A DNA stretch of 64,000 nt from Bdellovibrionales bacterium. Lineage in GTDB: Bacteria; Bdellovibrionota; Bdellovibrionia; Bdellovibrionales; UBA1609. The stretch covers positions 864,001 through 928,000 of the forward strand of contig CBDHDF010000010.1 in the NCBI GenBank assembly GCA_965261545.1. The letters are read 5' to 3'. A program made the translations under genes and the position numbers. This document shows positions 51,463 to 60,601 of this stretch, piece by piece (within the stretch, counting starts at the first letter, position 1; each line of letters begins with the position of its first letter). The notes beneath the pieces were generated by a model, which saw only the letters and a list, made by a program, of their open reading frames with translations, was not told the DNA's origin and did no database searches.

Positions 51463-51591
51463 AACATTTTAACCTGACCTAGTTATTGTGTGGTGCCAAT
51501 AGCGTCTAGAAATTTAACAGTATTTTCATGGGACAACGGTCAGAGTAGATATATAACGAAAAGCGAGATGCCACTTAAGCCACCAACTTAT
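51463..51591 (+). repeat. Conserved non-coding trailer of rpn, copy B
   Basis: Aligns to 15821-15951. Confidence 0.9.
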
Positions 51592-51615
51592 CACTAAGGC
51601 ACTGCCCCAGAGGGG

Positions 51616-52901
51616 CAATGGCATTCGTTTAGTGAGAGATCCCATTCGGTTAAGGATTTGAACCTCTAACTCCTCGGGGGGAGCTAACCCCAAGTTTTTT
51701 TCTTTGATCCATGTGATTATCCGTTGGCCATAGCCCCCCTAACCTCTTTACTGGGTCTCCATACTCCGATGGGTTTTCTAGAAACTCGGTCGTAATGCCT
51801 ATTCGGACGTAGCTTTTGTCGGCAGGTCTTCATATTTGTAATGATGCAATTGAGGGTTTTACTAAGCACTACCTTTTGTTGAAGAAAAAGACCTTCAATA
51901 TTTCTTGCAATTGTCAGTAAATTGTTTTTAAAGTTTGTCTGCATGGTTTGTTTTTTACTATGGGATTGAGATGTATTAAGACGGTCTTCCGTGTAGTTGG
52001 AAAATAATCTTGTCAGAGTGATAAGTGTGAAGTGTGCAAACAATTCTTGTTTGACTCCCCTTTCGCTTTGAGAATGAAACTCTTCAATGGTCATCAGTTC
52101 TTTGGATATTTTGTACAGTTCCTCTATACTCCAGCGTCCATGATAGAGATTGGCCAGATCATCAATGGAATATTTTTTTTGATCCATTAAGGTTGTTCCT
52201 AGAACAAAAGTAGTTTGTCCAATTTTATATTTGACCAAACGCAAAGCGTAGGCTTTGAAGTCGTCTTGTGGCTTTTTTTTATGTAGTTCTTTCAGAATTT
52301 GCTTGCTAGGAATGACTTGGATCACTGAGTCTTTTTGATCATTATTAATAAATTCATCAAAAACAGTGTTGGCATTTTTCCTTATCCTAAACACCGCATG
52401 CAGACTTCGCACCTTATGCTCATGAAGCATTTCGTAGGAATAATAGCCACGATCATAAACCACAACATCGTTTTCAAACAATTTTTTGAAATGAGTTTGT
52501 GCAGCCTTTCTCTCATTGTTATGGGCAAAGAGATCAAAATCCACAGGAATCTTCGACTGTAGTTGGTACAGGCAACTGACAAGACCTTGAGGGTACCATG
52601 CTTTTTCCCATGGTTGCTGATACCCATTATCTACGAGTTGACGTGGTAAATTTATTTTCGATCCATCCACTGCGAAAACCTTATGGCCCTTCCATAAGGT
52701 ACTAGAATTGGATATACCGTCTTGTTTAAGAATTTCATCATGCAAAACTTTAAATATATTTTCATCTACTTTAGCCCGTGCACTACACATAGTGGATGCC
52801 CGAACTGGTTTAGGTTGAGGGAGTTCAATGTCTAATATGCGACACTGTTCCCAAAGTTCAATCAAAGTTGTATCATAACCTTGTTTTCCGTTAGAGAAAA
52901 T
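51616..52901 (-). mobile_element. 5'-truncated IS4-family element (distinct from the one at 13918)
   Basis: IR-like CAATGGCATTCGTTTAG at 51616-51632. Transposase homology ends near 52901 and no matching second IR is seen. Confidence 0.8.
51717..52865 (-). pseudogene. IS4-family DDE transposase lacking its N-terminus
   Basis: Motifs FAVDGSK, VYDRGYYS and YHGRWSIEELYK. The frame extends upstream without a start to a stop at 52926-52928. Confidence 0.85.
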
Positions 52902-52945
52902 AAAAGGTAGGATGAGCCCATCTTGTCAGATCACCCTAAATGACC

Positions 52946-52991
52946 TGGTTTGCCCGCCCACAAATGGATGGTTTTGATCCGCCCATCGGGG
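52946..52991. mobile_element. Possible IS21-like terminal repeat relic
   Basis: Tandem TGGTTTGCCCGCCCA and TGGTTTTGATCCGCCCA ending in TCGGGG, reminiscent of multi-repeat IS21 ends. Confidence 0.35.
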
Positions 52992-53150
52992 TTAAGAACC
53001 TACAGGGTTTTGAGAATATGATTTACTTGTGTGCTGGGGATTTGGATATTGTTGGAAGTTTCCCAAAGCGTTTTTGTACATTATAGTTTTTATTGTCGAT
53101 CAACATTTCTTTTTCCAATTCACCTCCCCATACTAACTCCGCCAAGATGA

Positions 53151-53250
53151 GTCAGTTATCCACAGACTCATCCATGGCGACGCTGCGGCTATGGCCATCG
53201 GGAGCCACAATAAAGCAGCGCTGCTGTGGGTGAGTCTTGTGGATAACGGC
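53151..53250 (+). repeat. Long imperfect inverted repeat containing inverted TTATCCACA boxes
   Basis: GTTATCCACAGACTCATCCATGGCGACGCTGC pairs with GCAGCGCTGCTGTGGGTGAGTCTTGTGGATAAC. Confidence 0.8.
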
Positions 53251-53337
53251 GGCTCTCCACACAAGTGATTTGGTAGCCCTGTCCTCCGTGTTTTTATGTA
53301 CAAATCTTAGGAATAACCTGTACATCCAGTTTTTAGC

Positions 53338-53389
53338 TATTTCCCTAGGGAATTTGGACTTTAGGCTCCGAGAAACTCGGATATAGCCG
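53338..53389. repeat. ~50-bp hairpin-containing element, copy B
   Basis: Aligns to 16198-16248. Confidence 0.8.
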
Positions 53390-53494
53390 TATTTATGGTA
53401 TAGGTTCGGAGGTTCGGAACAACCCTAAAAAATTTTCTCTTAACATAGACTCATCTCCTTTTAAAGATTAACGCCTATTTCTATTATTACTCAA

Positions 53495-53530
53495 TTTAAA
53501 TAGAATTTAAAGTATTTTTGTAGTTATGTT
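53495..53530 (+). repeat. 36-bp perfect direct repeat, copy 2
   Basis: Identical to 50155-50190. Confidence 0.9.
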
Positions 53531-53616
53531 ACATATTGATAACCTGAATCGAATTGGGGCAAAATTGTGATTTCCGCCATTGTGATCTTCATCACGTATG
53601 ACTGAAACCTAAGAAG

Positions 53617-55041
53617 TCAAACGACTGAATTTTTCTCACATCCCTCTCGTACTCCTTGAAGTTCGTGCGGGAAATGTGGTACGGAGGCAGAGCCAACTAT
53701 GGATTCTAGGTCTTCAACCTCCTTGGGGCATTTTTCGGTCATATTAATAGACCCCCCTTCGGTCACGAGAATATTGTCCTCGATACGAATGCCTATACCC
53801 CTTAATGCCTCTGGAGCTGAAGTGTCATGGGCAGGAATATAGAGACCAGGCTCAATGGTAAGACACATGCCGGGTTCCAAGGGACGAGATTCTCCTTGAA
53901 CCTGATAGGGGCCAGCATCGTGGACATCCATTCCTAACCAATGGCCAATACCATGGGGATAGTATTTTTTGTATTCCTTGGAGCTAATAATTTCTTCGGC
54001 ACTTCCTGTGAGCAATTTTTCACTGAGCATGACTTCCACAAGTTTTTCTATGGCTTTTGCTTGAAGGTCTTCAACCACGAAGCCAGGTTTGACCAAGGCA
54101 ATCATGCTTTTTTGCACATTCAAAATTTTTTCATAAAGCCTTTTTTGCACATCTGTAAATTGACCATTGATGGGGTAGGTTCTCGTCACATCGCCCGTGA
54201 AGAATCCATACTCAGCACCTGCGTCCACCAAGAAAAGATCCCCACTTTTCATGACTTGATCGTTGAAAATATAATGAAGGGTGGTCCCATTGTTCCCCGA
54301 AGCCATGATGGCGTGGTAGCCCTCTCTGGCGGCTCCCCGCCACATGATTTCTTTGACAAAGATTCCATGCATGGCCCTTTCTGTTTTTCCCGGCGCAACA
54401 GACTTCATAACCTCCACGTGGGCTTCACATGTGATTTCTGTGGCTCTTTTTATAAGGGGGAGGCTATATTCATCTTTTTTAAGGCGCATTTCCCCCAGGA
54501 GAGGATGGGGATCCACAAGGGTTTGAATTCCCACTCCCTTGCGGCCCTTTAATTGTTTTACTTTCTTGAGGGCAGATATGACCAAGGGGTCCACAATGTT
54601 ATTGTTGCCAAGGCCATAATAAATATCGCCCATCTCCTTGAGCAAATGGGGCGCCACTTCACTAAATTCTTCAATGGAATGGGCTTTGTCCATGCCAAAG
54701 TAAGCTGTGGCCCCCTCTGTTCCAAAGCGATAACCATTCCATGTTTCTCGCAGGGGATCTTTGGGTCGAACAAAGAGAATAGATTCAGGCTCCTTGCCAG
54801 GTCTAAAAATAAAAATAGAATCGGGCTCTTCAAAGCCTGTAAGAAAAAGCATGTGACTGTCTTGCCTATAACTTCCTCCAATGGGGCCTGTGGATTCCAG
54901 AGGTGACGCAAGAATAAGAGCCTTGTCACCCAGATTTTCCTTGGGCGAATCTTTAAGTAACAAGTCCTTAAGTAATAAGTCCCTGAGTAAGTCTCTTCTT
55001 TGTTTGCAAATGTTTATATTCACTAAGGGTTGTCGCACCAT
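53617..55041 (-). CDS. pepP: Xaa-Pro aminopeptidase
   Basis: Motifs YRQDS..FLTGFEEP, TLHY, VDAGAEY..FTGDVTRT, PHGIGHWLGMDVHD, TIEPGLY and GIRIEDN. Confidence 0.95.
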   Translation of the reverse strand: MVRQPLVNINICKQRRDLLRDLLLKDLLLKDSPKENLGDKALILASPLESTGPIGGSYRQDSHMLFLTGFEEPDSIFIFRPGKEPESILFVRPKDPLRETWNGYRFGTEGATAYFGMDKAHSIEEFSEVAPHLLKEMGDIYYGLGNNNIVDPLVISALKKVKQLKGRKGVGIQTLVDPHPLLGEMRLKKDEYSLPLIKRATEITCEAHVEVMKSVAPGKTERAMHGIFVKEIMWRGAAREGYHAIMASGNNGTTLHYIFNDQVMKSGDLFLVDAGAEYGFFTGDVTRTYPINGQFTDVQKRLYEKILNVQKSMIALVKPGFVVEDLQAKAIEKLVEVMLSEKLLTGSAEEIISSKEYKKYYPHGIGHWLGMDVHDAGPYQVQGESRPLEPGMCLTIEPGLYIPAHDTSAPEALRGIGIRIEDNILVTEGGSINMTEKCPKEVEDLESIVGSASVPHFPHELQGVREGCEKNSVV

Positions 55042-55085
55042 CCATCTCCTTGAAATAAATTTCTTGATGACTCATCGACTCATCA

Positions 55086-56246
55086 TTAAAATCCATATTT
55101 GTTCATCAGCTTTCTGGAAGCCTTTTTCCCGGCATGTCTTCCAGCTTTGACAAGGGCACGACGGCTCTCAAAGTCATAGAGAGTAAAGCCCCTTGTCTTA
55201 ACGGAAATAACTTCAATGCCTAAATCATTGGAGTCTTTTAAATCCTCTAGAGATCGACGCACCTCTTGCCACAAAATAGCAGACTTATAATCCTGGTCAT
55301 GTTGTTCTGAGGTGAATAAATTGCCCCGATCCATGACATTCACAAAAATAATAAGCTCCATTCCCTGCTTTTTTAAATATTGAACAGCTTCGGGCAGGGA
55401 AAAGGTGGCGGCCACCCAAGCCCCCTTGGGCTGGAAAATAGGTGGATAGGGCCAACAGCGGCGAATCGCCCTTATTAAGAGTCCTTGCTTCTGCCATTGA
55501 ATGACTCCACTTTTCACAGAGAGAGCAGGGCAAGCAAATTTTATTTTCATTTTTTCAATATGAACTCCCTGAAAATGGGTGTTTATAAAATCCCTCAACT
55601 GATCCACTCGAATGGGGTTCATCTTTGAACTAAAAAGACTTCTTTTTTTCAAAAGATCTTTTTTCTCTAATTTGTAGAGCTTCCACTCAGCGTCATGAAC
55701 TTGTCCCTTGTTGGCAAACATGCCTCCTACCAGAGCCCCCCATTCCATACCTACAATAAAATCAATGGGAATACGTGACTTTAGAAGAGCCCGTATCACT
55801 CCCACATGGGCAAAACTTCGCACACCCCCAGGGCCGAGAATGACACCCACTTTGAGAGCCGGAGGCTCGGTGATGGTGGCCCCGAGCTTGTCTAACAGAG
55901 GGTGGTCGAGATCACCAAGACCATCTCGATGCGGTTCACCGAAGGGAAGGGGAGAGGGCTGGAGAGGGGTGGGGGGTGGCCCATGGGGAATTTCAGGGGG
56001 GACAGCCCCCTCCTTGGCTTTTCCATCTTTTTCTTTTAACCCTTGCTTTGAAGGAGAGGGGGGTTTTGAAGGAGGTGGGGGCAAAGAAGTTTCCGCTTTA
56101 TGGAGGGGCTGTTTTTTTATCATCATTCCACAACCTGTGGTGAGCCCTATCAAGCACAGGATCCCTCCTAGAAGACATAAGGCTTTCATATTCACACGCA
56201 CTATTTTTATATTCCTCTTATCCCTCATATCTACTATACTTCTCAT
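55086..56246 (-). CDS. Patatin-like lipoprotein with degenerate catalytic motifs (start probably later)
   Basis: Lipobox TTG-C, Pro-rich linker, LGPGGVRSFAHVGVIRAL and IPIDFIVGMEWGALVGG. Confidence 0.85.
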   Translation of the reverse strand: MRSIVDMRDKRNIKIVRVNMKALCLLGGILCLIGLTTGCGMMIKKQPLHKAETSLPPPPSKPPSPSKQGLKEKDGKAKEGAVPPEIPHGPPPTPLQPSPLPFGEPHRDGLGDLDHPLLDKLGATITEPPALKVGVILGPGGVRSFAHVGVIRALLKSRIPIDFIVGMEWGALVGGMFANKGQVHDAEWKLYKLEKKDLLKKRSLFSSKMNPIRVDQLRDFINTHFQGVHIEKMKIKFACPALSVKSGVIQWQKQGLLIRAIRRCWPYPPIFQPKGAWVAATFSLPEAVQYLKKQGMELIIFVNVMDRGNLFTSEQHDQDYKSAILWQEVRRSLEDLKDSNDLGIEVISVKTRGFTLYDFESRRALVKAGRHAGKKASRKLMNKYGF

Positions 56247-56308
56247 ACTCTACTATGGATTGTCGAGGAAATGTCGAGGAAAATAACTATGAAGCAATAT
56301 CGAGAAAA

Positions 56309-57130
56309 ATGACTATGAAGAAATTTGGTTTTATTGGTGTGGGAAACATGGCTCAATCCATAATTAGAGGTTTTATTGAGTCTGGAAAGATCAAAGCCCA
56401 ACAAATCTGGGTGAGTGGCCGAACTGAAACAAAAGTTTGCAAAGTTCAAAATAAATGGGGAGTGGGGACCTTTTCTTGCAATGAGGACTTAGCGGACCAT
56501 TGCGATGTGATCTTTCTTTGCATGAAGCCCCAGGACCTACATGCCGCCGTGGACTCTTTGAATTCAAGTCTTCATAAAGAGCATATTGTAATAAGCTTGG
56601 CAGCAGGTATTTCCATGACCTCCCTTGAGGGTGGCATTTCTGCCACCAAGCAGATTGTTAGAATTATGACCAATATTTCTGTGGGCATCAAGGAGGCTGT
56701 TATAGGCTATGTGTTGCCGGAGGGAATGTCCTACTTGGAGTCTATGGTTGTGGAGTGGTTTTCCCCACTTGGCCTCGTCCTTCCCCTAGAAGAAGGAGAG
56801 ATGTTTGAAGCCTTCACCGTGGGGACAAGCAGTGGCATTGGTTTTTTCTTTGAGCAAATGATTTACTGGCAGGAGTGGTTTGAGGAGCATGGGTTTTCAG
56901 AACATGTCGCCAAAGAAATGACGATTCAAACTCTCTTGGGAGCGGCTAAGCTTGCAGCATCCAATGACCAGTTATCACTGACAGAGCTACAAGATCAGGT
57001 GGTGTCAGAAAAGGGCGTCACACTGGCAGGACTCAATGCTATGCGAGAGTTAGAACTCAATAGAGTTCTTAGAGTGAGTTTTGAAAAAGCGGTTCTCCGC
57101 TCTCGTGAACTAGGAGGCATGAATAAATAA
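56309..57130 (+). CDS. proC: Pyrroline-5-carboxylate reductase
   Basis: Motifs FGFIGVGNMA, LCMKPQ, ISLAAGI, VRIM.N and V.SEKGVT.AGL. Confidence 0.92.
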   Translation: MTMKKFGFIGVGNMAQSIIRGFIESGKIKAQQIWVSGRTETKVCKVQNKWGVGTFSCNEDLADHCDVIFLCMKPQDLHAAVDSLNSSLHKEHIVISLAAGISMTSLEGGISATKQIVRIMTNISVGIKEAVIGYVLPEGMSYLESMVVEWFSPLGLVLPLEEGEMFEAFTVGTSSGIGFFFEQMIYWQEWFEEHGFSEHVAKEMTIQTLLGAAKLAASNDQLSLTELQDQVVSEKGVTLAGLNAMRELELNRVLRVSFEKAVLRSRELGGMNK

Positions 57131-57187
57131 GGATCGAAAATAATGTGAATAAATAAATTGAAATAGTTTTCAATCAAAGCAAAGTGG

Positions 57188-60100
57188 CTAGGAAGATGAG
57201 TCGAAACTCTCACTTTCTTGTGGAGGCTTAGGTGGCCATAGGCTTGAAGGTTGTGAGATGATTCCGAAAAGAGAAATCACATCTTCTCGTATTTGCAATA
57301 GAGAAGGAAGAGTTAAAAGAGTCATCAAGGTGGCAAAACCGATCCCCCACCCCATGGAAAGAGCTAGGGGCTGGGTAAAACCAGACTCCCCCCCCCACGA
57401 GTAGGCCATGGGCAAAATACCTCCAAGGGTTGTGATGGTTGTTAAAATAATCGCCCTTAGACGATCCGAAGCTCCTTGAATAATCGTTTCCTTGGAAAGC
57501 CTTCCCCCCCTATGGGAAGAAGATATCTTATACATATGGTCGACCATGACAATGGAAGCATTTACAGAAACTCCAACAACAGCAATAAAACCAATCAAGG
57601 ACATAGAACCCAATTCCATATTGTGCAGATACAAAGCCAATATAATGCCAGCTCCACCAAAAAGAATAGGGAATCCAACAATAAAGGGCTGGGTGATAGA
57701 GCCAAGAATAAGAGCCATGATGGCAAAAACACCAAGCAAACATAGGGTGGCAACTTTGATGGCCCAATTTTTATTTTGAGTGTCCTCCCGATGGGGTTCT
57801 ACCACTTGAATATCATAACTGGGAAATTTCTGAGCCAAGGGATCTATAGCTTTTTTCAGTGCCATGTTCGCCGAGGTCAAAGTAGCTTGGTCTCTATCTA
57901 TTTGGAAGTCAATTTTTAAATCCCTTAGTCCGTTGAGATGCGATATTTGGCGCAAAGTCTTTTTTTCCTTCCACTGACCTAAAAACTTTAAAGGAACACT
58001 GACCCCCGAAGAAGTGACGACCTCATAGTTTCCCAGCTCTTTAAATTGAGGCTTGATGGGAGCAGGGGAGGGGGCGGTCTCTTTTGAAGCCAATAATCGC
58101 GAAGGCTTTGTATGGTTTTTCATTTTATGGTTTTGCATTTTTTGCATTTTATTGTCTTGACCCCCTTGGTGACTCCTCTGATGTCTAAAGGGGTTTAACA
58201 TCTCCATATAAATATAAACCTTCTCTCCCTCCAATCGAATCTCCGCCACCTCATCGGGGGTAAAGGCCCCTCGAATTTGACGACCTACATCGTAGGCCGT
58301 TAAGTTGTATTGCACCAGAGACTTGGGGCGGGGAACAAACTCCCAAGACTTCTGGTATCGCCGGGGCTCAGGGGAGTGAGCCTTGATTTCTTTGGTGGCT
58401 GTGGCCACTTCAATGACCTCTGATTCAATGTCTCGAAAATCAATTTTTTCACTACCACGCACCCTTACAGTGATAATACCCTCTTTTCTTTCGTCACCCC
58501 CATGTCTTGCCACTTGGACGTCAAGTCTTTGAAATTCACTCCTATCGTATTGCTCTAAGAATTTTTCCACCTGAGGCTGAATTTCTCGCTGCAATTGGGT
58601 GGGGTATTTGTGTTGTTTGCTTAAAAAACCATGAACTTGGGCATAGCGATGGCCTTCGTGCCGCTTTCCATGGAACCAAATGGTGCCCACACGAGATTGG
58701 ACCTCTTCCACCTTGTTTGTGGGAAAGGAATTCAAGAAATCTTCCACAGGTTTTATAACAGAGTACGTGGCTTCGAGGGAGGAACTTTTTTTGAGAATCA
58801 TATTAACTTTGATATACTTGGGTTGAAGATTGAAGCTGTAATTCATTTGAATTTTATGGAGCGCAAGGTACGCAACTCCAGAGAAAAGTCCCAAAATTCC
58901 CAAAAGAGTCAGGTAGCGAAAACGAAGAGTCCCTTGGATAAGAGACTTGTAGACACTTTGGAATTTACTAAAGATATCCACAGAAAAAAAGTCTCGTTTT
59001 GGTTTTACCTTTTCCTTGTGCTTTGCCTTCACAAAATGAGCCAAGTGGTTGGGGAGAATAAAGAAAGATTCCATCCAACTTAAAAGTAAGGCCAGTATGA
59101 CAACCACGGGAACAGCGAGCATGATCTGGCCCAAAGGGCTCTTACTGAAAATCATGGGGCTAAAGGCCACCACACTTGTAAGGACGGTGCCTGTCACAGG
59201 AAGCATAAGGTCTCTTACAGAACTCCCCGCAGCTTCTTTAGGAGGTAGTCCCTTGGATAAATTGTAGATGTATCTTTCAGAGACGATAATGGAGTCATCC
59301 ACAAGAACCCCTATAATCATAATCATCCCAATCATGGAGAGGAGATCGAGCTGAAAACCCATAAAATAAAGAAGGGTGAGAGTTCCAAGATAAGCAATGG
59401 GGAGGCCGAGAGAAGTCATAAGCGCTGTTTTCCAACTGAGAAATACCATGAGAACAAAAAAAACAATGCAAAAACCCAGTGTGGCATTGCTCGTTAAAAT
59501 ACCCAATTGTTGCTCTAAAAATTGAGGTCCGTCGATCAAAGTGACAATGCGTATGCCTGGGGGAGCCTTGGCATTGTGCTTTTCAATAATGGCCATGGTT
59601 CGTTTCTTAAGGTCAATGATATCCGCAGAAAAATCCTTGCGTATCCAAAAGGAAAGGCCAGGGCGAGAGTTGACGCGAACAATCTCCTTTTTCTCACTTA
59701 ACTTGTATCCAACTTGAGCGATATCTTGAATTGTCAAGTGATGGCCCATTCGGTTGCCTCTTAGGGGGATTTGAGCAATTTCCTGAAGAGTGTCAGAAGT
59801 TTTAGATATCTCAATGGTGTATGGCTCCTCATTGACTCGCATTTCGCCAATGGGGGCAAGTCTTGTAGCCTGTTGGATGGCTCGCCTCACTTCGTTGGCC
59901 GATATTTCATTGGCTTTAAGCTTTTGTGGAATCAATTCGATGTAGACGTCACGCTCCCTCGCACTACTAAAAACCCTTTGAATGCCTTTGACTTGATTGA
60001 GATCATCTTCAAATGATTTAAAAAAATCTCTATGGGATTGGTTATTTTCATCGATACCTTCGATCCCTAACCAAAACAAGAAAGCCCCTTCTTGCCTGGC

Positions 60101-60508
60101 CCGTTTGACCTGAATCCAACGAATTTCGGTGGGAAGCCGATAGCGAATGGAGTCAATGCGGTTTCTGACAAGTTCTGTGGATTCAAGCTGGTCCCGGTCT
60201 CCCATGGAGGGAGAGTAATGAAGGGTGATTTGAGACACTCCACTGGAGCTTTGGGAAGTTATTTCTTCAACTCCCGGCAAACCTCTAAGGGCCTCTTCAA
60301 TGGGAAAAGTGATGTACTTTTCAATCTCTCCGGATGTGGCCCCAGGGAGACTAGCACTGGCTATCACCATGGGAGACTGAAAGGGGGGATGGAGGTCGCG
60401 ATGCATAGATGTGAGAGCAAACAAGCCCGCCAACACAATAAGCACGGCTAGGACATTGACCATAAGAGATTGTTGAATAAAAAAATCAATGATTTTTTGC
60501 ATTGTCAT
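57188..60508 (-). CDS. RND efflux permease (AcrB/D/F superfamily)
   Basis: Motifs PGAT..EIE..IT.PIEE, GVLVDDSIIV and RLRAIILTTITTLGGILP; two 6-TM halves. Confidence 0.92.
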   Translation of the reverse strand: MTMQKIIDFFIQQSLMVNVLAVLIVLAGLFALTSMHRDLHPPFQSPMVIASASLPGATSGEIEKYITFPIEEALRGLPGVEEITSQSSSGVSQITLHYSPSMGDRDQLESTELVRNRIDSIRYRLPTEIRWIQVKRARQEGAFLFWLGIEGIDENNQSHRDFFKSFEDDLNQVKGIQRVFSSARERDVYIELIPQKLKANEISANEVRRAIQQATRLAPIGEMRVNEEPYTIEISKTSDTLQEIAQIPLRGNRMGHHLTIQDIAQVGYKLSEKKEIVRVNSRPGLSFWIRKDFSADIIDLKKRTMAIIEKHNAKAPPGIRIVTLIDGPQFLEQQLGILTSNATLGFCIVFFVLMVFLSWKTALMTSLGLPIAYLGTLTLLYFMGFQLDLLSMIGMIMIIGVLVDDSIIVSERYIYNLSKGLPPKEAAGSSVRDLMLPVTGTVLTSVVAFSPMIFSKSPLGQIMLAVPVVVILALLLSWMESFFILPNHLAHFVKAKHKEKVKPKRDFFSVDIFSKFQSVYKSLIQGTLRFRYLTLLGILGLFSGVAYLALHKIQMNYSFNLQPKYIKVNMILKKSSSLEATYSVIKPVEDFLNSFPTNKVEEVQSRVGTIWFHGKRHEGHRYAQVHGFLSKQHKYPTQLQREIQPQVEKFLEQYDRSEFQRLDVQVARHGGDERKEGIITVRVRGSEKIDFRDIESEVIEVATATKEIKAHSPEPRRYQKSWEFVPRPKSLVQYNLTAYDVGRQIRGAFTPDEVAEIRLEGEKVYIYMEMLNPFRHQRSHQGGQDNKMQKMQNHKMKNHTKPSRLLASKETAPSPAPIKPQFKELGNYEVVTSSGVSVPLKFLGQWKEKKTLRQISHLNGLRDLKIDFQIDRDQATLTSANMALKKAIDPLAQKFPSYDIQVVEPHREDTQNKNWAIKVATLCLLGVFAIMALILGSITQPFIVGFPILFGGAGIILALYLHNMELGSMSLIGFIAVVGVSVNASIVMVDHMYKISSSHRGGRLSKETIIQGASDRLRAIILTTITTLGGILPMAYSWGGESGFTQPLALSMGWGIGFATLMTLLTLPSLLQIREDVISLFGIISQPSSLWPPKPPQESESFDSSS

Positions 60509-60601
60509 TGCTCCCCACAGTTGTCACCCCCCACGGGAGCCATTATAGCCATTATGAGATCGACCATGACCTGACCATGACCATGACGAGAGCGGCGACC
60601 A

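Noticed and set aside
53156..53246. Replication origin
   Set aside because: Only two DnaA boxes, inside a hairpin among IS debris; no dnaA/dnaN/gidA context.
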